Origin: Verrucomicrobiota bacterium
GTDB lineage: Bacteria; Verrucomicrobiota; Verrucomicrobiia; Limisphaerales; CAIMTB01
Length of the DNA stretch: 64,000 bases
Direction of reading: 5' to 3'
Assembly: GCA_963205105.1 (NCBI GenBank)
Contig: CAUJJW010000212.1
Coordinates: 866 to 64,865 of the forward strand
Shown: positions 45,932-54,694 of the stretch, one piece after another
Layout of the letters: each line of letters opens with the position of its first letter
Numbering within the stretch: position 1 is the stretch's first letter
Made by a program: the position numbers and the translations under genes
The notes under the pieces: model-generated
What the model was told of the DNA's origin: nothing
Seen by the model: the letters and a program-made list of their open reading frames with translations, nothing else
The model's database searches: none

Positions 45932-46057
45932 TCATGGGCGAAGTGCGCCAGACGATCGTCCAAGGTCCGGAACTCGCGGCTTGGGTTTGGCCCCGGCTTC
46001 GGCACGGATCTCTTCTGTAAGGCGCAGCATCCGTGCTTTGCGCTCCTCAGATGTCAT
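45932..46057 (-). CDS. Possible 41-aa ORF overlapping the end of the upstream small ORF
   Basis: This ORF is not in the track (under 60 aa): MTSEERKARMLRLTEEIRAEAGAKPKPRVPDLGRSSGALRP. It runs from ATG 46057 to TGA 45932-45934 and overlaps the stop of the 97-aa ORF by 11 nt. The sequence looks helical and charged. The call is speculative. Confidence 0.2.
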   Translation of the reverse strand: MTSEERKARMLRLTEEIRAEAGAKPKPRVPDLGRSSGALRP

Positions 46058-46340
46058 GGACGCGGCGTTTCGAGACTCCGCGAACCCCTGAAGCTTCATT
46101 GTGTCCCTGGACCTGCAGGTTCAGCCGCAGGACCTGCCCCTGCACTTCAAGAGTGACGTGGTAGTTCCCTTCAGGGACTGATTTCAGATCGGTCCGACTT
46201 GCGGCTTGGTTCGCCACAGGCTGTCCGAAGCCAGGCATTGCCGCAGAAAGGAGAAGGACCCATAGGACCCGCGCGATGGCATACTGGGGCTGATTCCCAT
46301 CATTCTGTTGCGCTAATGCTGGCCGCCGAGGCCAGTTCAA
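46047..46340 (-). CDS. Possible small secreted hypothetical protein (97 aa)
   Basis: The segment IARVLWVLLLSAAMPGFG is signal-like and is followed by beta-strand-like YHVTLEVQGQVLRLNLQVQGHN. The ORF lies in the lower-GC interval. I recognised no family. Confidence 0.3.
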   Translation of the reverse strand: MNWPRRPALAQQNDGNQPQYAIARVLWVLLLSAAMPGFGQPVANQAASRTDLKSVPEGNYHVTLEVQGQVLRLNLQVQGHNEASGVRGVSKRRVHDI

Positions 46341-46401
46341 AGTGCCCTGGTGAGTCAGACAATCGTTGTCGATTTTTGGGATTTCAGATTGGGTTCGCGA
46401 T

Positions 46402-48981
46402 ATGCGCGCCGAAGCTGGCTCTCAGTGGGTTTTCGGAAGGCTTATTGGGTACTTGTGGCTGCTAGTGAGTCTTGGCCTGAGAGCCGACGAGCTGGCGTTG
46501 GTGGGCACCTGGCCCGGATATCACCGCGGTGTCCCACGGCAAATCCTAGTTCGTGGGAACCTCCTCTACTGCGTAATGCAGTCGGGATTGGCCATCTACG
46601 ATCTCACGGATGCGAGCCGACCGGTCCGCGTTGGAGAGTGGATGGCACCTCAGGGAGTCGATCCATGGCGCGTGGCCGTGGACGGAGGGCGCTCGGTGGT
46701 GCTCGACTCATCTGGCAACGTCTTTGGACTGGATGTTTCTGATCCTGCGGTGCCGAGCGCGCGGGCGTCGATTCATCGGCGGAACGCGACCCTGGCGCTC
46801 GATCTTCGCGGTTCACTGACGGCGTTGATCGTCGACTTAGGGGGCTCCCAGCGTCAGCTGGAGGTTTGGGATCTGTTCACCGATTCGACCGCCTTGCTTC
46901 GGGGTACCCAGGTGCTGAGCCGGTCGGCGGCTGATGCCGGCTTTGTCGGGTCCAACGTCGTGGCTGTGCTGAGCACCGGCGGACTGACGACCTATCAGTT
47001 GATCGAGGGGGTAGACATGGCTTTACTCAGTCAAGTGGACGGGAACCATGGCTTTCTCGCACGCCTTCGCACGCATGGTACTCGGGCCCTGGTCACGCCA
47101 GGACCGTTGAAAGTCTTCGAGTTTTCCGCCCCGACAGCGCCGCAAAGCTTGTCCGATCCGAACTTTGGCGAAGTTTACGTGGCCTCGGAATTGGATGGTG
47201 AAACCGTACGCGCGGTCGTCGGTGCCAATTTGGACAGTTACCGACGGGAAGGTACTCAATGGAGCCGGACCCGGTTCTCGCTGACGTCTGATCTGGCACA
47301 ACCCAAATTTCTCGCCGCCGATGGGAATCGAGTCGTCGTGGGCAGTCCGGCGCCGGGACTACAGATTCTGGATTCCACGCGGCCGACGGACCTGGTCGCT
47401 GGAGCCAGGATGAACAACTTTGGCGCCGTTTCACGAGTGAAGATGAAGGGTCAGTACGCCTACCTGGCGGACGGCATAGGAATTCAGGTTCTGAGTCTCA
47501 CGAATCCCGCGAATCCCAGTGCGGTCCACAGAATGACTACCACCAATTCGTCTACGACCAGCATGGACCTGGACTTGCGCGGCGACCTTTTAGTGACTGC
47601 CGACAGGATAAACCCTGTGAAACCGTCGATGTTCGACGTCTCAACGCCGGAATCTCCACGGGAATTGCCGGGGTGGTTCGATGGATACGTCCCCCTGAAT
47701 AGAGGTCTCCAGAATGTGCGCTTTGTGCGGGAACGCGACATACTCGTCCTGGATCAAACTGGATCGGCGCGAATTCTGGTGGGCGACACCCCCAATCACT
47801 GGCGCCTGGAGTTCATTCAGATCGGCGTGAACCCTGTGTCTTTGGTGGTTTGTGGTACGTCGCCGTTTCCAGCATTTCAGGACGTTGTGACGCTGACGGA
47901 GGACGATCGAATTTTGATGGCTGATCCGTTTTCGTCCTTTCTCAGCGGAGACCGATTCACGCTGCCCGACACAGCCCAAGGAATGACTCTCGTGGGCAGT
48001 CACACGTATGTCGCGTGCGGAGCAGGAGGCTTGGTTATTCTCGAAGGCAACGGACTCGGCTTTCGCCAACTCGGCAAGTTTGCAACCCTTAGCCCGGCGA
48101 CGTCGGTGGCGGTGGATCTGCCGTATGCATTTGTGGGCACCTCCGACGGGGGCGTTGAAGTCCTCGACGTCATGGATGTTGCGCAGCCTAAGCGCCTGAC
48201 CCGTCTTTTGACCGCCGGGGCGGTCGTGGATATCGAAGTCAGCGGATCAACCGCGCTCGTTTCCAAAGGCGACTTTGGCCTGGCGGTAATGGAGTTTCGC
48301 CCGTCGCGAGTGCCTCAGCGTATTCGCCTGGCTCCGCTTTACGATCGGCCGACGAACAGTCCGCCCTTTGCGATTCATGCCGAGAGCTCCGCAGGCTTGC
48401 CCATAAGTCTGAGAGTCCTGGCCGGACCGGCCGAAGTTGAAGGTCCCGTCTGCCGTCCCACGGGGCGCCGCGGCCGGGTGCTCGTTAGGGCGGAGAATTC
48501 CGGTAACGAAACGACGGCTCCGGCTGCCGCGGAAGGTTTTTTCACGTTCACTCGCCCACTAACGAATGGCTTTCAGAACTGGGTGTACACGTACTTCCCT
48601 CAAATCCCAGCCGACCAGCGCGGCGTCGCCCAGGACCCTGACGAGGACGGCGTTCCCAACGAGACCGAACACTATTTCGGCACCGATCCATCCCTTCCGG
48701 ATGATCCCGCCCGATTGCCCTTGCCGCACATCGATGATTTCCAAGGAAACCAGTTTCTGGTGATTGAGTTCGCCGTACGAGGGGACCCGTGGGCTCCGTT
48801 GCAATGGTCGCGCCAGATTCAGATGCTTACAAATCTGGCTGGCGGAGAGTGGACCGGCATTCCGGAAGAGTGGGTGACCCAGGTCGAGAATCGTGTCCGG
48901 GTTAGGGTTCCCTTGTCATCGGGTTCCGACGTCGTCGCACCCGCCTCGCGATTGATAAGGGTTGGCCCTCGATCTCCATAA
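46402..48981 (+). CDS. LVIVD-repeat beta-propeller protein, secreted, with acidic Ca-binding-like C-terminal region
   Basis: Start set at ATG 46402 (MRAEAGSQWVFGRLIGYLWLLVSLGLRA); the ORF is open from a TTG at 46366. Repeated LVIVD-type blades are present: GLAIYDLTDASRPVRVG, GLQILDSTRPTDLV, GIQVLSLTNPANPSAV, GVEVLDVMDVAQPKRL. The motif DPDEDGVPNETEHYFGTDP follows. Codon usage is visibly more A/T-rich than in the neighbouring genes. Confidence 0.75.
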   Translation: MRAEAGSQWVFGRLIGYLWLLVSLGLRADELALVGTWPGYHRGVPRQILVRGNLLYCVMQSGLAIYDLTDASRPVRVGEWMAPQGVDPWRVAVDGGRSVVLDSSGNVFGLDVSDPAVPSARASIHRRNATLALDLRGSLTALIVDLGGSQRQLEVWDLFTDSTALLRGTQVLSRSAADAGFVGSNVVAVLSTGGLTTYQLIEGVDMALLSQVDGNHGFLARLRTHGTRALVTPGPLKVFEFSAPTAPQSLSDPNFGEVYVASELDGETVRAVVGANLDSYRREGTQWSRTRFSLTSDLAQPKFLAADGNRVVVGSPAPGLQILDSTRPTDLVAGARMNNFGAVSRVKMKGQYAYLADGIGIQVLSLTNPANPSAVHRMTTTNSSTTSMDLDLRGDLLVTADRINPVKPSMFDVSTPESPRELPGWFDGYVPLNRGLQNVRFVRERDILVLDQTGSARILVGDTPNHWRLEFIQIGVNPVSLVVCGTSPFPAFQDVVTLTEDDRILMADPFSSFLSGDRFTLPDTAQGMTLVGSHTYVACGAGGLVILEGNGLGFRQLGKFATLSPATSVAVDLPYAFVGTSDGGVEVLDVMDVAQPKRLTRLLTAGAVVDIEVSGSTALVSKGDFGLAVMEFRPSRVPQRIRLAPLYDRPTNSPPFAIHAESSAGLPISLRVLAGPAEVEGPVCRPTGRRGRVLVRAENSGNETTAPAAAEGFFTFTRPLTNGFQNWVYTYFPQIPADQRGVAQDPDEDGVPNETEHYFGTDPSLPDDPARLPLPHIDDFQGNQFLVIEFAVRGDPWAPLQWSRQIQMLTNLAGGEWTGIPEEWVTQVENRVRVRVPLSSGSDVVAPASRLIRVGPRSP

Positions 48982-49118
48982 GCCGCCTGCTCGGCCCTGT
49001 ACGTTGGACGGAGCGTTTGGATGTTCATCGGCGTCCAAGAGCGTTCGTTCAACTTCTAGAAGTGTCCTAGGAAACACGCAGCAATGCTCCTCCACAAAGG
49101 GACAGACGTTTTGTGGAA

Positions 49119-49380
49119 CCATGAACCTTCCATCTCCAGCCCCGGACGGGGCGGCGAGACCCTAGCCCACGGCGTGAGCCGTGGGGACACGACCCACAAG
49201 AATAACCAAAGCCCCGGAGGGACGATCAGAGAACCAGGGGCGGGCAGAACATCCTCCGTACCAACCCCACCGCGGCCGAGTCGGATCGCCCCTCCGGGGC
49301 TCGAAATCCAATACAACGCCACACCCATGGCTCATGCCATGGGCTTCCGTTCTTTCGGCCCTCCGGGCCTCCGTAGCGGC
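49119..49380 (+). repeat. Module-B repeat, copy B3
   Basis: It starts at CCATGAACC (49119-49127). Hairpin a is at 49166-49185, the arms at 49210-49230 and 49281-49301, and hairpin c at 49324-49343. My hand alignment to B2 gives about 9 substitutions plus 1 indel over about 262 nt. Confidence 0.9.
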
Positions 49381-49550
49381 GTTCGAAGGAAGGGGTCGGT
49401 TCTTGCTGTTGGCGTCTTGGTCGAGGCCTGCCCGAAGGGTGCAGCCGCTTCTGTGCTGAGGTGCGATGGACTCTATGTCGCGTGAAATCGGGATGGAGCC
49501 GCTGCATGACGGATTGACCCGCCCGTCGGGAACACCCTAAACCACCTCCC

Positions 49551-50465
49551 ATGCGATTCCTCCTCCTCACGCTCGCCCTCGTGCTTCAGGGCTCGTGGAC
49601 CTCGGCGGGTGCGCTCATCGTGGGCACCTTCAACATCCGGTACGCGAACAACGGCGATGTGGAGCACGGAAACGGCTGGGAACAACGGGCTCCGGTGGTG
49701 GCGGGGCTCATCCGGTTCCATGGCTTTGATGTGCTCGGAACCCAGGAAGTGCTGCACCATCAGCTTCAAACCCTGCACGAACTCCTTCCGGAATACGGGT
49801 TCACCGGCCGGGGGCGGGACGATGGCAAGGATCGCGGCGAACATGTGGCCATCTTCTATCGCAAGGACCGGTTCCAACTCGTCGACCACGGCAACTTCTG
49901 GCTGTCGGAGAACCCTGCCTTGCCTGGAAAGGGCTGGGACGCGGCGCTTCCGCGGATTTGCACCTGGGCCCAATTGCAGCCGACCTCGGCAACCCGGGCC
50001 TTCTTCGTGTTCAACGTTCACTTCGATCACGTCGGAGTGAAGGCCCGCCTGGAGAGTGCCCGCCTGATTCTGGCGAAGATGAAGGAAATCGCAGGCGACC
50101 AACCGGTTCTCCTGACGGGGGATTTCAACGTGGATCAGTCCAGCGAGTCCTATCGAGGACTGGTCGCCTCGGGGGACCTGACCGATGCGTTTGAGGCGGC
50201 TCCCATCCGCTACGCGCTCAACGGAACCGCCAACGCTTTCAACCCCAACGGAAAGACGGAAAGCCGGATCGACCACGTCTTCTTCTCCAAGCATTTCAAG
50301 CCGTACCGATACGGCGTTCTCACCGATACCTACCGCGCGCCTGCCCCGCAAACCGCCGCCGAGACTCAATCCGGGAATTTCCCGAAAGAAGTGAAGTTCC
50401 GCGAGTTCGTGGCACGCCTGCCCTCGGATCATTTTCCCGTCCTAGTCGAGTTGAGCGCCCCATAA
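49551..50465 (+). CDS. Endonuclease/exonuclease/phosphatase (EEP) family protein, secreted
   Basis: The signal peptide is MRFLLLTLALVLQGSWTSAGA. EEP motifs: VGTFNIRY, GTQEV, VFNVHFDH, GDFN, SDHFPV. Confidence 0.85.
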   Translation: MRFLLLTLALVLQGSWTSAGALIVGTFNIRYANNGDVEHGNGWEQRAPVVAGLIRFHGFDVLGTQEVLHHQLQTLHELLPEYGFTGRGRDDGKDRGEHVAIFYRKDRFQLVDHGNFWLSENPALPGKGWDAALPRICTWAQLQPTSATRAFFVFNVHFDHVGVKARLESARLILAKMKEIAGDQPVLLTGDFNVDQSSESYRGLVASGDLTDAFEAAPIRYALNGTANAFNPNGKTESRIDHVFFSKHFKPYRYGVLTDTYRAPAPQTAAETQSGNFPKEVKFREFVARLPSDHFPVLVELSAP

Positions 50466-50498
50466 CCGTCCTGAGGAGAACGCTCTCAACCACCTCCC

Positions 50499-52538
50499 AT
50501 GCGGTTCCCCCTCCTCCCATTGGCCCTGGTCCGTTTCCCGGCCCGAGCCGTGTTGGTTTGCCTTCTCGCTTCGCTGGTTCCTGGCGCATCGGCGGCCGGT
50601 CTGGAGCGGCTGAAGTACAACCATCCCGGCCTTGTCGCGGATCTCGGCGTCGGCCTTTGGGCGTGGCCGCTGCCGATGGACTTCGACCGAGACGGCGATC
50701 TCGACCTCGTCGTCAACTGCCCGGACAAGCCCTACAACGGGGTCTACTTCTTCGAGAACACCCGTGGGGACATGGCGCAGGAGCCGCTGCCGGTGTTCCG
50801 ACCGGGGCGACGCATCAGCAAGGGGATGCAGAACGTCGGCATCAGTTTTGTGGACAACCATCCCGTCGTGCTCTCGCCGGGCATGGAGTATCCGGATTTT
50901 GTGAAAACCGGTTTGGACACGGGCCGAAAACTCCCACTCCCGGCGAATGTCCACCCGAACAAGGTCCGGGCGAACATGTGGCGTTTGGTGGACTTCGACG
51001 CTGATGGCGCGCTCGACGTGATGGTCGGTGTGGGTGACTGGACCGAGTATGGATGGGACAACGCCTACTCACCCGAGGGCACCTGGACCAACGGACCGCT
51101 TCGAGGGTTTGTGTACTTCGTCAAGAACTCGGGCACGACCGAACAGCCTGTGTACGATCCGCCGGTTAAAGTCCTGGCGGGGGATGTAGCGGTCGAGACC
51201 TTTGGCTGGCCGTCGCCGAACTTCATGGACTTCGATGCCGACGGGGATCTCGACCTGCTCTGCGGTGAATTCCTCGACGGCTTCACCTACTTCAAGAACA
51301 TCGGGACACGCACCGCACCGAAGTACGCCCCGGGCCGTCGCCTCACGGTGCCTCCGACTTCCGAGAATCCGGGCTTTCCCAGCTCCTGGCTGGCGGTACG
51401 GGAAGCGGCCAGACTCCCCGGCTCGCCGCGGCCGCTGACGATGGATTTGGAGATGATCACGCCTGTCGCCGTGGATTGGACCCGGGATGGTCACCCCGAT
51501 CTTGTCGTAGGGGATGAAGATGGCCGGGTGGCCTTGGTTCGAAACACCGGCACGTTCACCGCGGACCATACGCCGCAGTTCTTCCCGCCCGTCTATTTCC
51601 GGCAGGAAGCCGACGATTTGAAATGCGGGGCGCTGGCGACGCCGGTGGGAGTCGACTGGGATGGCGACGGCGACGTGGACATCCTGAGTGGCAACACCGC
51701 CGGCTATATCGCGTTCTTTGAGAATCTCTCTGGCCCGGGCGTGGAACGACCGCGATGGGCCGCACCCATCCATCTCGAAGCGGCGGGCCGGGTTATTCGT
51801 CCCATGGCGGGCCCGAACGGCAGCATTCAGGGACCGGCGGAGGCGAAGTGGGGCTACACGACGTTGAGCGTTGCGGATTGGGATGGCGATGGGCTGCCCG
51901 ACCTGGTGATGAACTCCATTCTCGGGAAGGTCGTTTGGTTCCGGAACATCGGTTCGCGCCGATCACCCCGGCTGGCTGCGGCACAACCGGTTGAAGTGGA
52001 GTGGAATGGACCGCAACCCCACCTGCCGCACGGCTGGCTGCGTCCCGAGGGCAAAGCGCTGCTGACGCAATGGCGCACCACGCCGGTCGCCGTGGATTGG
52101 AACGCTGACGGGCTCACGGACCTGGTGATGCTCGACCAGGAAGGGCACCTCGCCCTGTTCGAACGCCGGAATCGGGAAGGTGGCAGAGTCTTGCTCTCAC
52201 CCCGGCGCGCCTTCTGCGACGACAAGGGCGAACCGCTGGTGCTCAGCAAAGGCGTCGCGGGCCGGAGTGGGCGCCGTAAACTCTGCGTCGTCGATTGGGA
52301 TGGGGATGGAAAACTCGACATTCTGCTCAATTCCTCCAGCGCGAATTTCCTGCGTCAGGTGGATGCTCGGGACGGTCGTTGGTTCTTCAAAGACATGGGC
52401 CCGCTGGTCGAGCAGAACATTGAGGGGCACGACGTCAGTCCCACGGTGGTGGACTTCAACGGCGATGGTGTGCCCGACTTCCTGGGTGGTGCGGAGGATG
52501 GGCGCTTCTACTACCTCCGAAATCCGCGGGCGAAATGA
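50499..52538 (+). CDS. FG-GAP / VCBS repeat protein, secreted
   Basis: Nine or more repeats of the type DFDRDGDLDLVV, DFDADGALDVMVG, DWTRDGHPDLVVGDEDGRVALVRN, DWDGDGDVDILSGNTAGYIAFFEN, DWDGDGLPDLVMN, DFNGDGVPDFLGGAEDGRFYYLRN. Confidence 0.85.
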   Translation: MRFPLLPLALVRFPARAVLVCLLASLVPGASAAGLERLKYNHPGLVADLGVGLWAWPLPMDFDRDGDLDLVVNCPDKPYNGVYFFENTRGDMAQEPLPVFRPGRRISKGMQNVGISFVDNHPVVLSPGMEYPDFVKTGLDTGRKLPLPANVHPNKVRANMWRLVDFDADGALDVMVGVGDWTEYGWDNAYSPEGTWTNGPLRGFVYFVKNSGTTEQPVYDPPVKVLAGDVAVETFGWPSPNFMDFDADGDLDLLCGEFLDGFTYFKNIGTRTAPKYAPGRRLTVPPTSENPGFPSSWLAVREAARLPGSPRPLTMDLEMITPVAVDWTRDGHPDLVVGDEDGRVALVRNTGTFTADHTPQFFPPVYFRQEADDLKCGALATPVGVDWDGDGDVDILSGNTAGYIAFFENLSGPGVERPRWAAPIHLEAAGRVIRPMAGPNGSIQGPAEAKWGYTTLSVADWDGDGLPDLVMNSILGKVVWFRNIGSRRSPRLAAAQPVEVEWNGPQPHLPHGWLRPEGKALLTQWRTTPVAVDWNADGLTDLVMLDQEGHLALFERRNREGGRVLLSPRRAFCDDKGEPLVLSKGVAGRSGRRKLCVVDWDGDGKLDILLNSSSANFLRQVDARDGRWFFKDMGPLVEQNIEGHDVSPTVVDFNGDGVPDFLGGAEDGRFYYLRNPRAK

Positions 52539-52738
52539 GCCTGGGGTAGTGGCGAACATTGTCCACGGAAGAGGAGCTGGGCGCCGTGTTGCAGGCGGAC
52601 TTTGCCCGTAAGCGGAGCGGATGATCTGCTGGAAATCGCAAGAGCATCCCGAAATCCCGAGGCTCATTGCAGAGAGTTCGATCGAACTGCCCCGGGTCGC
52701 TTGACCGCCGCTTCAAGCTCCCATCATTTCGAGGCGGC

Positions 52739-54679
52739 ATGAACGTTGTCGCTCAGTCCCTCCCAATCCTCGCGATCCGCTGCCTCGCCATTCTTGGCCT
52801 CGGTGCCGGGATTGCGTCCGCCCAAACCACTCTGGATCCCTTCGAGTACGCCACCGACGATGAGCTGCTCGCGGCGTGGACACCTTCCGCGAACGTGGTG
52901 GTGTCCTCGACGAACCTCGTTTCGGCAGCCTCCACCGGGCTCCGCTCGCTGCGGATGGAGTTCAATTTTCAATCCGCGGCTTGGACCACCGAGGTGGTTC
53001 GGGGTGTCGATCTGGCCGAACTCGTATCCATCGCCCCGGAGCAGTACCTGTGCTTCCGCATCTATGGGGACGCCGCCTTCGCCAGCGCCGATTTTAGGAG
53101 TCTCTACCTGTACGCCTATGATGACTCGGGGAACTTCGGTCGCTGGGGTGCGCCGACGCCCAGCAAGGCGGGTTGGCAGGCACGCAATCACCTGGCCAGC
53201 GCCATGGAACAACCCTGGGACTCCCCCGCACTCCCCGACCTGAGTCGCATCGTGCGCTTTGCCTTTCTGCAGTATGGCAGCGAGGCTGCTATTCCGGCGT
53301 ACACCGCGGTCGTGTTGATTGACGACTTCCAGGTGCGCGACACACCCCTCGAAGATGTCCCCGCCACGGGCAGCCCGATTCTCGCGGATTTCGAGTATGC
53401 CTCGGCCGAACTGCTCGCGGCGGCGTGGACGCCGACCGCGAATGCTGTCGTGTCCCTGTCCGATGACGTGGCGCCGAGAGCCAGCGGACGCTCGTCGATG
53501 CGCGTCGAAATCCAGTTTCCTTCGATGGCCTGGACCACCGAGAGCGTTGGCGGTTCCACCCTGCCGGTTCCGACAGCGCTCGGCCCGACCCAGTACCTCA
53601 CCTTCCGGGTGAAGGGTGGTCCATCGTTTGCTCCCGCCGATTTTCGGCAGCTCTACCTGTATGTTTATGATGACGCCGGCAATTTCGGCCGTTGGGGTGA
53701 AGCGATTCCGTTGGCCGACACCTGGCAGATTCGGAACCACACCGCGGCCACGATCGAGAAGCCTTGGGATTCGCCGGCGCTTCCCAACCTCGCGCGCATC
53801 GCCCGGATTGCCTTCTTCCAGTACGGCAGCGAGGCCGCCATCCCGGCCTACGCGGCTACCTTCTTCATCGATGACGTGGTGATTCGCGATCAGGCGCTGG
53901 TCGAAAGCGAACTCCCTCCCGACAAGGTGATCAACGACTTCGAGTACGCCTCCGATGAAGCCCTCACCTCCGAATGGGTGGGTGGCAGTGGCAATGTGGT
54001 GTTGTCCACCACCGACGCCGTCGCCGCAACTTCGACGGGCCGGACCGCCATGAGCGTCCAGTTCAACTTCGGGTCGTCGGCTTGGGCCACGGAATCCGTG
54101 AAAGGTCCCACGCTGCCCAGTCCGGTCGCCGTGGCGCGAAGCCAATACCTCAGCTTCCGCCTCAAGGGAGATCCCGCATTCGCAACGTCGGATTTCCACA
54201 ACCTCTACCTGTATGCCTATGACAACGAGGGGAACTTCGGCCGGTGGGGAAGTCCGGTGCCGGACACCGATGACTGGCAGATCGTGAACCATGCCGCTGG
54301 CACGATTGAGCAACCGTGGGATTCGCCCGGTGTGCCGAACCTGGAGCACCTCGTGAGGTTTGCGTTCTTCCAGTATGGCAGCGAGATGGCCATCGATCCC
54401 TACACGGCGACCATCCAGGTGGATGACCTCGCCATTCGTTCCACGCCGCTCACGGACGGTCCCGCGGAATCCCCGTTGCTGACCATCCACCGCGCAGCGG
54501 GGGACAGCCTGACGATCGCCCTGAGCCGGCTTGTTCCGGGACGCTCGTATCTGCTTCGGTCGTCGATCGACCTCGCGACGTGGACCACGGCCTCGGAGAT
54601 TACCCCGACCAGCGCCACGGCGTCGTGGGCAGTTGCTTCGCCCCAAGGGTCGGTGTTCTACGTGCTGCGCGAAAAGTGA
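52739..54679 (+). CDS. Secreted protein with three tandem 183-aa CBM-like beta-sandwich domains and a conserved C-terminal tail
   Basis: Start set at ATG 52739 (MNVVAQSLPILAIRCLAILGLGAGIASA). Three repeats each begin (D/N)(P/D)FEYA..(E/D).L...W and end IDD..(V/I)R(D/S). The landmark ttcgagta occurs at 52841, 53390 and 53939, an exact 549-bp period. The tail is PGRSYLLRSSIDLATW...VFYVLREK. Confidence 0.75.
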   Translation: MNVVAQSLPILAIRCLAILGLGAGIASAQTTLDPFEYATDDELLAAWTPSANVVVSSTNLVSAASTGLRSLRMEFNFQSAAWTTEVVRGVDLAELVSIAPEQYLCFRIYGDAAFASADFRSLYLYAYDDSGNFGRWGAPTPSKAGWQARNHLASAMEQPWDSPALPDLSRIVRFAFLQYGSEAAIPAYTAVVLIDDFQVRDTPLEDVPATGSPILADFEYASAELLAAAWTPTANAVVSLSDDVAPRASGRSSMRVEIQFPSMAWTTESVGGSTLPVPTALGPTQYLTFRVKGGPSFAPADFRQLYLYVYDDAGNFGRWGEAIPLADTWQIRNHTAATIEKPWDSPALPNLARIARIAFFQYGSEAAIPAYAATFFIDDVVIRDQALVESELPPDKVINDFEYASDEALTSEWVGGSGNVVLSTTDAVAATSTGRTAMSVQFNFGSSAWATESVKGPTLPSPVAVARSQYLSFRLKGDPAFATSDFHNLYLYAYDNEGNFGRWGSPVPDTDDWQIVNHAAGTIEQPWDSPGVPNLEHLVRFAFFQYGSEMAIDPYTATIQVDDLAIRSTPLTDGPAESPLLTIHRAAGDSLTIALSRLVPGRSYLLRSSIDLATWTTASEITPTSATASWAVASPQGSVFYVLREK

Positions 54680-54694
54680 GCGTTCATCGAGCCG

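Noticed and set aside
52724-54646. 640-aa ORF on the minus strand
   Set aside because: It is antisense to the triple-repeat secreted protein. It is extremely R/G-rich, whereas the plus frame has a signal peptide, aromatic-rich beta-sandwich repeats and an exact 549-bp period.
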